A stretch of DNA of 64,000 nucleotides from an uncultured Chloroflexia bacterium (GTDB lineage Bacteria; Chloroflexota; Anaerolineae; Anaerolineales; UBA4823), in NCBI GenBank assembly GCA_963777965.1, contig CAVZSS010000035.1:33840-97839 (forward strand), written 5' to 3'. The notes beneath the pieces were generated by a model. That model was not told where the DNA came from, did not search any database, and was given only the letters and a program-made list of their open reading frames with translations. Positions 1 to 11,059 of the stretch are shown piece by piece; positions within the stretch are counted from its first letter, which is position 1, and each line of letters starts with the position of its first letter. The translations under genes and the position numbers were made by a program.

Positions 1-109
1 ATTGAGTGGGAAGGCATAGCTGAATCTTGCCTCTGTTTAGGCTTTAGCCACCGCATCAATACTTTTCTAACAGTCTTTAAAATCATGAAAATTGATAAGG
101 AATCATGTT

Positions 110-1033
110 ATGGCTGGAATAATTACCACCCTTGGTCTTAAGAGTTCTTCCGAGTTGGGGGCGATTTTGCCCCATGAACACATCTTTGTAGATCTTCGAA
201 CCTGGGACACCCCCGGTTATGCCCAGGCTGAAGTTGAAGAAGTTGTTCAGCTAATGGTCCCGGAAATAAAAAGGGCACAAAAAGCCGGTGTGACCGCCAT
301 TGTGGAATGCAGTACAGTAGGCGTCGGACGTCGGGCTGATATTGATCGAGCCGTATCTGAGGCTGCTGATCTACCCCTGGTAATTCCAACTGGTATTTAT
401 CGTGAACCCTGGATCCCTGATTGGGCTCATGCTGCCAGCGAGGCAGAATTAACCGATTGGATGCTGGGCGAATTGCAAGGTGAAATTGAAGCGAGCGGTG
501 TGCAAGCCGGTTGGATCAAGTTGAGCGCAGGCGACGACGGATTAACTACCTGTGAAACCAAAATCCTTCGGGCATCTGCCACTGCAGGACGCGACACAAA
601 TGCTGTGATAGGCAGTCATACCATCCGAGGGTGGGTTGTTCGGGAGCAGCTCGATATCATCGAGTCGCTGGGATATTCTGCAGAACGATTCATCTGGATC
701 CATACCCAAGCAGAGCCGGATTTCGAGCTCCACCTTGAGATAGCCCGGCGCGGAGCCTGGCTTGAGTATGACGCGATTGGTAATATTGATGGTGAAAATG
801 ATGAGTACTATTTGCAACACATTCAACGCCTGTTAGATGCTGGCCTGGGGGGTAAATTGCTGTTGAGCCAGGACCGGGGATGGTATGATCCGGCTTTAGC
901 GGGTGGTGGCATTCCCAAATCATACTCATATCTCGCTGAACAGTTTCTGCCAAAGCTGAGGGCAATCGGAGTGGACGAGGAAACGATCCATCAACTAACT
1001 CACCTCAACCCCTTTCGGGCATTTGCCCGTTGA
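110..1033 (+). CDS. Phosphotriesterase-related protein (PHP/amidohydrolase, probable lactonase)
   Basis: HEH metal motif (LPHEHIF), GWIKL carboxylated-Lys motif, SH/IH, EYD and LLSQD motifs; ATG at 110 follows a TAAGGA RBS. Confidence 0.85.
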   Translation: MAGIITTLGLKSSSELGAILPHEHIFVDLRTWDTPGYAQAEVEEVVQLMVPEIKRAQKAGVTAIVECSTVGVGRRADIDRAVSEAADLPLVIPTGIYREPWIPDWAHAASEAELTDWMLGELQGEIEASGVQAGWIKLSAGDDGLTTCETKILRASATAGRDTNAVIGSHTIRGWVVREQLDIIESLGYSAERFIWIHTQAEPDFELHLEIARRGAWLEYDAIGNIDGENDEYYLQHIQRLLDAGLGGKLLLSQDRGWYDPALAGGGIPKSYSYLAEQFLPKLRAIGVDEETIHQLTHLNPFRAFAR

Positions 1034-1228
1034 TCCTTGATATAGAAACCTGACCTCGGCTTCCACCCGATAACCCTTCGTGGTAGGTGTGATGCCGATG
1101 TTGAGACCAAGATATTTTATAGATAATCTACCTTTATCGGTGGCACGATGTGGCATCAGGTCATAGAATCAATCGTTGGGCAGCCTGATAAGGGAGCAGA
1201 AGAGAATTGAAAACAGGAGATCAGGCAG

Positions 1229-2090
1229 ATGAACCTATTGAATAGTAGCCTAACAAACCGCATGCTGGGATATCCGGATGATGCGCGTCTATTGATCATC
1301 AACGCGGACGATTTTGGGATGTGCAATTCAGTTAATGAAGCTATCTTTCAAACGTTGAAGGAAGGTGTGGTCCGTTCCACGAGCTTGATGGTCACATGTC
1401 CGTGGGCGTTACACGCCATGCATTTCCTTGCCGATCATCCCGAAATCCCCTTCGGCGTTCACCTGACCGCCATCTGCGATTCGGACGATTACAGTTGGGG
1501 ACCAGTATCATCCAAGGAAAAAGTGCCATCCCTGGTTGATCAAAGGGGTCAATTCTACAGGCCAGACCGCTTCCCTGAATTTCTGGATCTAGCCAGGATG
1601 GATCAACTGGAAGTGGAATTCAGGGCGCAGATCGAAACTGTGCTGGCAGCCGGGTTCAAGCCAACCCATCTGGATTGGCATTACTCTACGGATCGAGCGC
1701 CGAGCAGATATTTCTGACCTGATGCTGGGGTTGGCAAAAGAATATGGAATGGCGTTCCGTGTTACTGGACGATCTTTTATCCAAAAAGTACAAAGCCAGG
1801 GCTTGCCCACCAACGATCACGACATGCTGGACAGCTACTTCATTGACCCGATCAATAAATCAGCTCGTTATGCTCAGATGCTGCACGAGTTACCGGTTGG
1901 TTTGAGTGAGTGGGCGGTACATCCCGGTCTCGATACTCCTGAGTTGCTGGCTATGGAACCCGATGGTAATCATTGTCGCCAGACAGACTATGATTTCTTT
2001 ATCTCTCAACAAGCGAAAGATCTCGTGAAACATGAAGGGATCATCCTTATCGATTATCGTGCGTTACAGGATGCATGGAGAGGAAGGTGA
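1229..2090 (+). CDS. YdjC/ChbG family carbohydrate deacetylase (frameshift near 1690-1720)
   Basis: LIINADDFG, GVHLT, PTHLDWH and EWAVHPG motifs split across ORFs 1229-1717 and 1722-2090. Confidence 0.85.
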
Positions 2091-2593
2091 TTTACTTCTG
2101 AGGTACAGGATCGCACAAGACACCAACCAATGGATCGTATGGATTCTCCGGAGAATCTGTATTCATCCAACTACTCGGCACAATCTCGTTTCGACAGCAA
2201 GACTACCTCATACCCACTGACACATGGGTTGCAAGGCCATCAAGAAAGCTAGCACCAATGTTTCTCTTCAATATATTGTTGTCCAGGTCATCCTACTCAT
2301 CAAATACAGTATGGGTATCGTCTACGCAGATAACATGGTCAAGTTACATCACGACTCATTATGCGGAATCATCATCCCATTGTTCGTACATGCGAGGATT
2401 ACAACTCCTCACGGTAATTGCTCATTTTTTAGGAAACGCAACCCTTTACCTTACCCAGGTAACTACCAGAAAAGGGGAAAAAACACCGTATCCTACTCAT
2501 TGCCATCGACTCATAGAAGAGCAATAGTATTATTTAGAAGAAGATTTTTAGGTGTTTCTCAGATCATAAGGAGGGAGTATGTTTCACTTACTA

Positions 2594-4075
2594 TTACTGT
2601 ACCTTTGTACTCTCTAATGCGATCTCTGCGCCCAGGCGAACTACATGTGCGACCAGTAGATCGAAATCAGAGCGTTGGCTGCGGTGGTTGGTGATACAGA
2701 CCCGCAGGCAGTAGCGCCCCTCCAGGGTGGTGTAGGAGGGAGCGGCGATCCCACTTTCGTGCAGGCGGATGAGCAGCTCCTCGTTGAGGGCATTCAGGGC
2801 GGAATTGTCCAACTCACCCGGGTTATAACGAAAACAGACGATATTGAGCTGCACTGGCGCCAGGCGCTCCAGGCGTGGGTGTGAGTCAACCAGCTCTGCC
2901 AGATATTGTGCCTGATTCATATTTTGCACCACCATGCGACCGAATTTTTGTACCCCATGCTCCTTGAGCGACATCCACACTTTCAGAGCGCGGAAACCGC
3001 GCGAAAGCTGCACACCGTAATCACTGAACCATAAGCTGCCGCCCGCCAGGCCTCGTTCAGCATGCGCCAGGTATTCCGGGGTAAGCGAGAACGCCCGGCG
3101 GTGGTCATCCTTGCTGCGCACCATCACGCATCCTGCTTCGAAGGGCATGTATAGCCACTTGTGCAGGTCGAGAGCCAGCAAATCAGCCAGCTGCATGCCT
3201 TCCACGCATGCGCCCACCTGCGGGGACAGGGCAGCAAAGGCACCAAAAGCCCCGTCCACGTGGAACCACATTCCTTCCCGATGGCAAATTTCTGCTAAAC
3301 CTTGCAGATCGTCGATCGCGCCAGTATTGACCGTACCGGCAGTGCCCACCACACAGAAAGGATTTAGCCCTTTCTGACGGTCATCCACAATGGTGGATGC
3401 GAGCATTGATAGATCCATCTCATAAGCATCATTCACCGGGATCAGCCTGAGCGCCTGGCTGCCTAAGCCAAGCAGCTCGACCGCTTTCTGAACGCAAGAA
3501 TGGACCTCCTGAGAAGCGTAGAGTACCATGCTTTGTGGTGCAGCCCCCAGACCCAGTTTGCGCACGTCATAACCAGCGCAGGTGTTACGCGCCACAGTCA
3601 AGCCTACCAGGTTGGCCATGGAAGCCCCGCTAACCAGTAGCCCGCTGGCTTGAGCAGGGAAATGGAACATTTCCTTCAACCATTCGATCACCTGCGCCTC
3701 AACATAGTTGGCAACATGGTCTCCACCGCCCAGATTAGGATTCATACCAGCCGCGAGCATCTCAGCCAGCATGGCGAAAGGTGTGCCGTTGCCCATCACC
3801 CAACCCCAAAACCGGGGGTGGATGTTACCCATTGGATAGGGCAGGATGTTCTCTACAAAATCCTGGTATACCTGGGCATGAGACTGGGGTGCCTGCGGTA
3901 CGGGCTGATGTAAGAAATTTTTGACATCCTGGGGGACGGGCTGCCAGACCGGACGTTGGCGGACATTCTGCTGATAATCCAGCATATCATCGAGCATTTG
4001 GTGGGCTAGCTGGCGAAAGCTGTCCCAATTCTGGGGATCGAGGGTCTCTTCAATGGTAGAGGGTTCTGGTAACAT
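2594..4075 (-). CDS. Group II PLP-dependent decarboxylase (aromatic L-amino acid/glutamate decarboxylase family)
   Basis: HPRFWGW, GTAGTVNTGAID, HVDGAFG and DLHKW (PLP Lys) motifs; AGGAGA RBS before ATG 4075. Confidence 0.9.
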   Translation of the reverse strand: MLPEPSTIEETLDPQNWDSFRQLAHQMLDDMLDYQQNVRQRPVWQPVPQDVKNFLHQPVPQAPQSHAQVYQDFVENILPYPMGNIHPRFWGWVMGNGTPFAMLAEMLAAGMNPNLGGGDHVANYVEAQVIEWLKEMFHFPAQASGLLVSGASMANLVGLTVARNTCAGYDVRKLGLGAAPQSMVLYASQEVHSCVQKAVELLGLGSQALRLIPVNDAYEMDLSMLASTIVDDRQKGLNPFCVVGTAGTVNTGAIDDLQGLAEICHREGMWFHVDGAFGAFAALSPQVGACVEGMQLADLLALDLHKWLYMPFEAGCVMVRSKDDHRRAFSLTPEYLAHAERGLAGGSLWFSDYGVQLSRGFRALKVWMSLKEHGVQKFGRMVVQNMNQAQYLAELVDSHPRLERLAPVQLNIVCFRYNPGELDNSALNALNEELLIRLHESGIAAPSYTTLEGRYCLRVCITNHRSQRSDFDLLVAHVVRLGAEIALESTKVQ

Positions 4076-4136
4076 TGGGATTCTCCTGGAGATGGTTATG
4101 GAAACATAGTAAATTAGATAAATATTATCCATTAAT

Positions 4137-4164
4137 ATCATACTCCTTTTCCATGCTAGGTCAA
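4137..4164 (-). promoter_or_regulatory. Sigma70-type promoter of decarboxylase gene
   Basis: TTGACC-N16-TATGAT on minus strand. Confidence 0.45.
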
Positions 4165-4258
4165 GGCTTGATCAGGGTGAAATTGCCGGTAATGATTTTA
4201 CGTCGCTTCGATCTACTGCCTTGGCAACCCACCACAACCCAACCAGGTCACCTACCAT

Positions 4259-4296
4259 TTGACCTGGTATATGTACATGGATATAATCCATATACC
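4259..4296 (+). promoter_or_regulatory. Sigma70 promoter of hemerythrin gene with overlapping palindrome
   Basis: TTGACC(4259)-N17-TATAAT(4282); palindrome ATGGAT-ATA-ATCCAT 4277-4291. Confidence 0.6.
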
Positions 4297-4334
4297 GTCT
4301 AGATACCAAATCGATCATAAATGGAGGAAAAAAT

Positions 4335-4970
4335 ATGGCAGAACCCCTCGATGTAATTATGGCATTCCACAATGCCTTCCGGCACGATATGAACATTATC
4401 GATACTGCAGCACTCGATGCAGCGCGTGGCAAACCTGGCCTCATGCCTCAAATTGAGAGATTCCGGTTTTTTAACGAAGTCTTGGTTTGGCATGCTCAAG
4501 GAGAGGAAATAGCCATCTTCCCAGCAGTTGAAGCTGTTGCGCCTTCGGTCGCCGAGGCATATGAGAGAGATCACAAGGGACTTGACGCGGCATTCGATGC
4601 TCTGAACCTGGCAGTATCTGCAGGTGACGCATTGGAAACGGCGCGCACCTCTGCTGCATTCAAGTTTCACCTCGATATCCACCTCGGAAAGGAAGACGCC
4701 CACCTGTATCGCCTCGTGAGAGAGCGCGTACCCATGCCCGAACAAATAAAGGCACTCGGTATCATGTCGGGTGTCGCACCACAGGACCGTTTCCCAGAGG
4801 TGGTCGTATGGCTATATTCCTTGACTGGTCCTGACGATCGTGAGAATATGACCCGCATCTGGCAAATGGTGATGCCGCCGCCCGTGTTTGAACAAGTTAA
4901 GCAGCTCATCCGGAAGGCAATTGGTGATGACTGGGCAGAACTGGTGCAGCGTATCCCTACACTAGCCTGA
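4335..4970 (+). CDS. Hemerythrin/HHE cation-binding domain protein
   Basis: HNAFRHD, HAQGEE..IFP, DH and HLGKED motifs typical of HHE repeats; GGAGG RBS. Confidence 0.85.
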   Translation: MAEPLDVIMAFHNAFRHDMNIIDTAALDAARGKPGLMPQIERFRFFNEVLVWHAQGEEIAIFPAVEAVAPSVAEAYERDHKGLDAAFDALNLAVSAGDALETARTSAAFKFHLDIHLGKEDAHLYRLVRERVPMPEQIKALGIMSGVAPQDRFPEVVVWLYSLTGPDDRENMTRIWQMVMPPPVFEQVKQLIRKAIGDDWAELVQRIPTLA

Positions 4971-5036
4971 GGTGTTACCGGACTGGCTGAATTATCGGCA
5001 CACATAATAAATTCTCGAGGCGTGGCACAGGCTTAG

Positions 5037-5078
5037 AAAAAAATAACCGGGCAGAGATCTGCATCTCTGCCCGGTTAT
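5037..5078. terminator. Intrinsic terminator between convergent genes
   Basis: Perfect 16-bp stem ATAACCGGGCAGAGAT/ATCTCTGCCCGGTTAT with A-tract on left (U-tract on minus strand). Confidence 0.8.
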
Positions 5079-5184
5079 AGCCGTTCACTTCGAAGCACTG
5101 AGCAACTCATTTACGACTGTATCGTGAACCAACTAAAGTGCACCTGTCCTCCGGATCTTGGAAGGGGGGAAAAGGATGCTCAGA

Positions 5185-5586
5185 TCATTTCCGTCCCACC
5201 AGTGGGGTAAATAACGGGTAGGCGATGTTAATCTGCACATGGGCCATCACGGAGATACCATAACTATCGGTGGCAATTAGGGTGATGATGTGTGTCCCGG
5301 ATTCCAGGGTGTTGAGCGCCACCGAAGGACCAACGCCCAGCTCGCCCTGGCGGTCGCTACTCCACACCAGGTTGCTATCTGGCAGGCTGCCATCCTCCAT
5401 ATCCATATCAGTGACCATTAGCACAATCAACCCACCCGGTATCGTATATGAGCCATTGGACGGGTTGATAATCGCAGGCACAGGTGGTGATAATTGGAGA
5501 ATCCCCTTATGGGCAGTACTGCTGACTGTCTTAATCGGTGACAATCGCTCGGGGATAAAGCTGGACGGGTTTATTTCACTTATCAC
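5185..5586 (-). pseudogene. C-terminal remnant of a secreted Ig-like/PKD-domain protein with Chloroflexi-type C-terminal tail
   Basis: DMEDGSLPDSNLVWSSDRQGELG...GTHIITLIATDS Ig-like motif ending YPLFTPLVGRK; no signal peptide or convincing start. Confidence 0.5.
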
Positions 5587-5759
5587 TTAAGATCCAAATC
5601 AATGCAGTAAATGCAAGATGGTGGCATGGAAACCGTTACTGCTTGGAGGCATACTGAGTGTTGGGAAGCACAGCTTAAACAGCCATTAATCTCAGAGCAC
5701 CTTCATTGCCTTGTTTTGCATCCTGTCTAAATTCATACCTGATATTTAGAAATTGATTA

Positions 5760-5813
5760 TTGACATTTGTAAAATGTTTGCTATACTAACTATGTAAGTC
5801 CATTGAACTAACA
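5760..5813 (+). promoter_or_regulatory. Sigma70 promoter plus ROK (XylR/NagC-type) operator
   Basis: TTGACA(5760)-N16-TATACT(5782) with extended -10 TG; imperfect palindrome TGTAAGTC-N5-AACTAACA 5793-5813 at the start site. Confidence 0.7.
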
Positions 5814-5846
5814 AAGCCTATCGATTTTGTTCATAGGGTAACGCCC

Positions 5847-7052
5847 ATGAAAAAAGCTACCCGCCAGCATACCAAGGAACATAACCGCAACCTGGTGCTG
5901 AAAACGATCTTCGCACAAGACAGTGTCAGTCGGGCTGAGATTGCACGGATTACCAGCCTGACTCGAACCACAGTCTCTGAGATCGTAGCAGATTTGCTCG
6001 CAGAAGGCTTGGTCAGCGAAATCGGTGTTGGCTCATCTCTTGGCGGTAAATCCCCTATTCTGCTGAGCCTTGTAGAAGACTCGCGATATCTCATCGGTCT
6101 CGATCTTGCGCGCAACCAGTTTCGAGGCGCAATTGTGAACCTACGCGGCAAAACTCGCGAAATCGTCACATTGCCCGTGAACAGCATCAATGGGGACGAA
6201 GCGTTGGCTCTAGTTTATGAAATCCTAGACCGGCTCATGAAAGCTTCCTGTTTTCCGCTGGTAGGCATCGGGATAGGCACCCCGGGTTTGGTGAACATCA
6301 CCGAAGGGGCAGTGATTAATTCCGTGAATCTCGATTGGAAAGATTTGCCATTAGCCCGTTTGATGGAAGAGCGCTACCATCTGCCGGTATATATTCTCAA
6401 CGATAGCCAAGCAGCTGCGATGGGTGAATACACATTTGGTAAAGATCATTCATCCGACAGCAACCTGATCGTTATCAATGCCAGGCATGGCATCGGTGCA
6501 GGAATTATCATCAATGGGCAGCTGTTTCAAGGGGATGGAGGTGCTGCGGGAGAAATCGGTCACGTTGTTGTGGTGCCGGATGGCGGTCAGCTTTGCCGCT
6601 GCGGTAACCGTGGCTGCCTCGAGACGGTCGCCAGTACCCAAGCACTTATCAAACGAGTGCAGACTCTCATCTCCCAATCCATCCCAACCCAACTGCCACA
6701 GTCACCGCACGAAATTACCCTGGATACTATCGAGCAGGCTTTTTTGAGTGGTGATCACCTGGCACGCCAGGCGGTTCTAGAAACCGGGCGCTATATGGGT
6801 ATGGCTATCTCCAGCCTGGTTGGCACGCTCAATATCCAGAAAATCGTACTCACAGGCGATATGACTCGCTTTGGTAGCCTATGGCTGGAAGCAATTCAAG
6901 GCATGATTACCCAAACGACGCTCTCCAGGCTGGCGCAAGAAACACAAATCGAGGTTGGGCAATTGGGAGGGAACGACATTATCCTGGGAGCTTCGGCAAT
7001 GCTGGCTAATAATTATTCACTACTCTTCAAATCTCAACCGTCGCATGGCTGA
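5847..7052 (+). CDS. ROK family transcriptional repressor (XylR/NagC-like)
   Basis: N-terminal HTH (SRAEIARITSLTRTTVS), GEIGH and CRCGNRGCLE zinc motif. Confidence 0.92.
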   Translation: MKKATRQHTKEHNRNLVLKTIFAQDSVSRAEIARITSLTRTTVSEIVADLLAEGLVSEIGVGSSLGGKSPILLSLVEDSRYLIGLDLARNQFRGAIVNLRGKTREIVTLPVNSINGDEALALVYEILDRLMKASCFPLVGIGIGTPGLVNITEGAVINSVNLDWKDLPLARLMEERYHLPVYILNDSQAAAMGEYTFGKDHSSDSNLIVINARHGIGAGIIINGQLFQGDGGAAGEIGHVVVVPDGGQLCRCGNRGCLETVASTQALIKRVQTLISQSIPTQLPQSPHEITLDTIEQAFLSGDHLARQAVLETGRYMGMAISSLVGTLNIQKIVLTGDMTRFGSLWLEAIQGMITQTTLSRLAQETQIEVGQLGGNDIILGASAMLANNYSLLFKSQPSHG

Positions 7053-7088
7053 TTAGGTTTGTATACTAATTCTAAAGGCGTTAATTCA

Positions 7089-8502
7089 ATGACTGATTGC
7101 TTCAACCTGGTCAGACCCCAATTTATACCGCCTCTGGATGATGAATTTCGCCCAGCTGTCCTGGCAAATCGCGCATTCAAACAAGAATCTGCTGCAGTGG
7201 GAGTGCCGCTAATCATTGGTCTCGAAAGAGATGATGGAAGGTTGTCCCGGTTTGAAACCTGGGTATTCCCCGAAGACCACCCACGTGCTGAAACAAATCT
7301 CTTCTACGCTGAACGTACCCTTAAATTTCTACTCTGGCAGCGCGGGGGGAGCAAGGTCTATATCGGCGGACCACGCAGCATCGGTGAATTTATCCAAAGT
7401 TGTTATGCGCCGGGTGGAAAGCGAAATTTTGATTATCAATTCATGAGCGAACTGGTTTACGAGCGCTTGTTCAGTGTGGAGCTTTGCGACCCGTCGAAGG
7501 TGCCGCCTGCCCATGATGTTGGCGAAGCATTAGGTCGCCACTTAGAGGGATGTCGTATCGGTTTTGATCTAGGGGCATCAGACCGTAAAGTTAGCGCGGT
7601 CATCGATGGCCGGGTGGTTTACAGCGAAGAAGTTATCTGGGAGCCGAGTATTCATTCTGATCCAGAATATCACTACCACGAAATCATAACAGCGCTAAAG
7701 ACAGCCGCCTCGAAGATGCCACGGGTCGACGCGATCGGCGGCAGTTCAGCTGGGATTTTTATCGACAATCGCCCAATGGTGGCCTCCCTCTTCCGCGGCA
7801 TTCCCCCTGAACGCTTCCATGAGATCCACAATCTCTTTCTACGCATTCGCGACGAAATGAGTGTGCCGTTGGTAGTCATCAACGATGGAGATGTCACTGC
7901 CCTGGCAGGGTCGATGTCCCTCGAAGATAACGGTATCCTGGGTATTGCGATGGGCTCCAGCCAGGCAGCCGGGTATGTGGATATGCACGGTTGCATCATG
8001 GGCTGGTTGAATGAGCTGTCCTTTGCCCCAATTGACTACAATCCTGTTGGACCCGCCGACGAGTGGTCTGGTGATATCGGCTGCGGATCACAGTATTTCT
8101 CACAGCAGTGCGTTTTCCGACTTGCACCACGCGCCGGCATCCAAATTCCCGGCAATATCCCCGATGCCGAGAAATTAAAATTCGTCCAGGAAAAACTGGA
8201 TGCCGGACATGAAGGCGCAGTCAAGATATGGCAGAGTATAGGTATATACCTGGGATATGCCCTGGCGCACTACGCAGACTTCTATGACATGAAGCACGTG
8301 CTTATCTTGGGACGGTGTACTTCTGGACTGGGAGGAACACTGATCCTGGAAGAAGCGTACAAAGTACTGAAATCCGAATTCCCGGAACTTGCCGCACACT
8401 TACAGGTTCAGCTCCCCAGTTGAGCGTAACCGACGGGTAGGCCAGTCAATTGCTGCTGCCAGTCTGCCAATCGTATACAAAGGAACGGAACCAGAGGCAT
8501 GA
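7089..8502 (+). CDS. ROK family sugar kinase-like protein with N-terminal extension (frameshift near 8420)
   Basis: GFDLGASDRK ATP loop, NDGDV, GWLNEL; C-terminus ERNRRVGQSIAAASLP continues in shifted frame to TGA 8502. Confidence 0.8.
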
Positions 8503-8565
8503 AGGCAATAAAGTCCCTGAGCCTGAATTTCGTTTACAGCCTGTTTTCTATCTTCGGAGCTTAAC

Positions 8566-9415
8566 ATGCACTTTCATCTTTCGACTGCCGAAATCTTTAT
8601 CCCCGATGGGTTACCAGCAGAACAAGCGCTCGCTCGTACAACCCATATGGCAATCAGCGCACATCAAGATGATATTGAGATCATGGCCGCTGCCCCAATT
8701 CTGGAATGCTTCCAGCAAGAAGATAAGTGGTTCACCGGGGTCGTGCTGACCGATGGGCGCGGCTCGCCACGCGAGGATCTTTACAAAGATTACACAGATG
8801 AAGCCATGCGTCAGGTGCGCTTTAAGGAACAAAAGAAAGCTGCCATCATCGGCGAATACGCAGCACAGGTGCTGTTGGATTACCCCAGCAAGGCTATCAA
8901 GGATGGATCAAACGCGGCAGCCGATCGAGGATCTTGCCCAGATCTTGAAAAATGCCCAACCTCAATTCATATATATCCATAACCTTACTGATAAACATGA
9001 TACCCACGTCGGCGCGGCGCTTAAAGTCATTGCCGCCATCCGCAGCATGCCAGAAGCGGAAAGGCCTCAAAAGCTATTCGGATGCGAAGTCTGGCGTGAC
9101 CTGGATTGGATGGTGGATGTAGATAAAGTTGTTTTTGATCTGACGGGTCACGAAAATTTACAAGCAGCACTCCTCGGTGTTTTCGATTCACAAGTTACGG
9201 GTGGCAAACGCTACGACCTGGCCAGCCTGGGACGCCGGCGCGCCAATGCTACTTATTTTGAATCTCATGGAGTAGATGTGGCTACAGGGATGTCTTATGC
9301 GATGGACCTGACCCCTTTGATACACCCTCCTGAGAAAGAAATCATATCCTTTGTACAGGAACACATCCAAAGTTTTGCGCATGATGTTGCCGATCGCCTG
9401 ACCCGCCTAAGCTGA
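8566..9415 (+). CDS. PIG-L/LmbE family N-acetyl-sugar deacetylase (frameshift near 8912)
   Basis: SAHQDD Zn motif, TDG, DKHDTH; split ORFs 8566-8982 and 8753-9415. Confidence 0.85.
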
Positions 9416-9587
9416 AGGGTTCTATGTCCAATGAAATCATTCCACCAATGTTCCCGTACAGATGCCGACGCAGAAATAATTGAAAGGAGGTTATGGTAAA
9501 ACTCGAGCGAATTTGAAATCCAAATCTGATCAAACCTTTGGTTAAAAATTTTGATAATCCGAGAATTCTAAAAAGGAGAACGAAGAC

Positions 9588-10994
9588 ATGCGTACAAAAC
9601 TATTTATCTTATTATTGCTGGTCAGCATCCTGCTATCAGGCTGCGCTACCGCAACCACCCAAGCACCTGCCGACACCGCAGTTCCCCCGACACCCCAAAC
9701 AGTTGTCATAACTAGTGCTCCCCAGACAGTCGTCGAGACAGTTGTGTCGGAGGTAATCGTGACCGCTACCCCACTTCCCAACCCGGAAGCTGTCATCCAG
9801 GGTGTTGAGCCTAATGCCGAAATCGGCTTCTGGACATTTTGGCTATCGCCGACTTTCGATCAATACATCAAGGACACCATTGCACGCTTCAACGAAGCTT
9901 ATCCAGGTGTCACTGTGAATTGGGAGGACCACCAGGCTACTTTCCAGGATGATCTGAAAGCTTCATTTGCTGCTGGGAATGCTCCTGATGTCATCAACCT
10001 GTCCGTCAGTGAAGGCTGGGTTAGCGACTATGCTTCCCAGGGCTTGCTCCTGCCTCTGGACGATATTGTGCCCCAGAGCGTCAAGGATCTGTACTTCCCC
10101 GGCCTATGGAGCGAGCAATTGATCGACGGTGTCAACTATCAATTCCCATGGTACCAGGGCATCAATGTATACCTGATCAACCACCAGATTTATGACCAGA
10201 CTGGATTGACCATTGAGGATTTCCCAAAGAAGTGGACCGAACTCCCCGCACTGTGTGCCACAATCAAGGAAAAGACTGGCACCTTATGCGATATCCGCCT
10301 GACCGTCAATGACTTGATCTCACAGATGGTTTACGAAGGCAATGTCAAGCCCATCAGTGACGATGGTTCGAGCTTCACCTTTGATTCACCGGAGGCTGTT
10401 GCCTGGCTCCAGCAATATGTGGACATGGTCACTGCTGGCACCGTGGACAAGACTGTATTGGTAACGGACCAGGACCGCGTTGGCCTGGATCTGTTCACTT
10501 CTGGACAGGCTGCCTTCTATGCCACCGGTCCGAACTTGATTCGCGAGGTGCGCGCCAACAACCCCGGCTTGTACGGCTATCTCGGCGTCGTTCCTGCCCC
10601 TGTAGGTGAGTCGGGCGTCATCGGTAAAGGTCTCATGTCGCTCTCGGTCAACGGGCAGACTGAGTTCCCGAATGCTTCAATCGCCTTGGCCCAGTTCTTC
10701 ACCAACCCGGAGAGCATGCTCGAGTTCTCCAAGATCGTGTCGATCTATCCCTCAACCCCGGCATCTTATGATGATCCGTTCTTCTCTGCCGCGCCGGTCG
10801 CGATCGAGGATAGTGCCAAGCCTTTTGCTAAGGATGCCATTTCCAAGTATGCTGACATCGTCCCAACCATCCCACACAAAGCGGATGTCAATGCGATTGT
10901 GCTCAGGTACGTCCAGGATGCCCTGTTCAACAACGTGCCCGCTCAGCAAGCTTTGACGGATGCTGTCGCTGAAGCAAACCTATTACTCCCATAG
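9588..10994 (+). CDS. Carbohydrate ABC transporter substrate-binding lipoprotein (CUT1)
   Basis: Lipobox LLSGC, Thr/Pro/Val linker, AGNAPDV and YQFPWY SBP_bac_1 motifs. Confidence 0.9.
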   Translation: MRTKLFILLLLVSILLSGCATATTQAPADTAVPPTPQTVVITSAPQTVVETVVSEVIVTATPLPNPEAVIQGVEPNAEIGFWTFWLSPTFDQYIKDTIARFNEAYPGVTVNWEDHQATFQDDLKASFAAGNAPDVINLSVSEGWVSDYASQGLLLPLDDIVPQSVKDLYFPGLWSEQLIDGVNYQFPWYQGINVYLINHQIYDQTGLTIEDFPKKWTELPALCATIKEKTGTLCDIRLTVNDLISQMVYEGNVKPISDDGSSFTFDSPEAVAWLQQYVDMVTAGTVDKTVLVTDQDRVGLDLFTSGQAAFYATGPNLIREVRANNPGLYGYLGVVPAPVGESGVIGKGLMSLSVNGQTEFPNASIALAQFFTNPESMLEFSKIVSIYPSTPASYDDPFFSAAPVAIEDSAKPFAKDAISKYADIVPTIPHKADVNAIVLRYVQDALFNNVPAQQALTDAVAEANLLLP

Positions 10995-11008
10995 TAAAAT
11001 GATTTCGA

Positions 11009-11040
11009 ATCAACCCTCTCCTGAAAGGGAGAGGGTTGAT
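11009..11040 (+). terminator. Intra-operon hairpin after SBP gene (stabiliser/partial terminator)
   Basis: 13-bp stem ATCAACCCTCTCC/GGAGAGGGTTGAT with TGAAAG loop; no U-tract. Confidence 0.6.
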
Positions 11041-11059
11041 ATCGGCGAAGGTCCTTCCC

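Noticed and set aside
2091..2593. ORFs 2224-2694, 2258-2527 and an 11-bp repeat ATCCTACTCAT (about 2290 and 2490) in a 500-bp convergent gap
   Set aside because: No recognisable motifs, RBS or repeat periodicity; possibly a decayed remnant but unsupported
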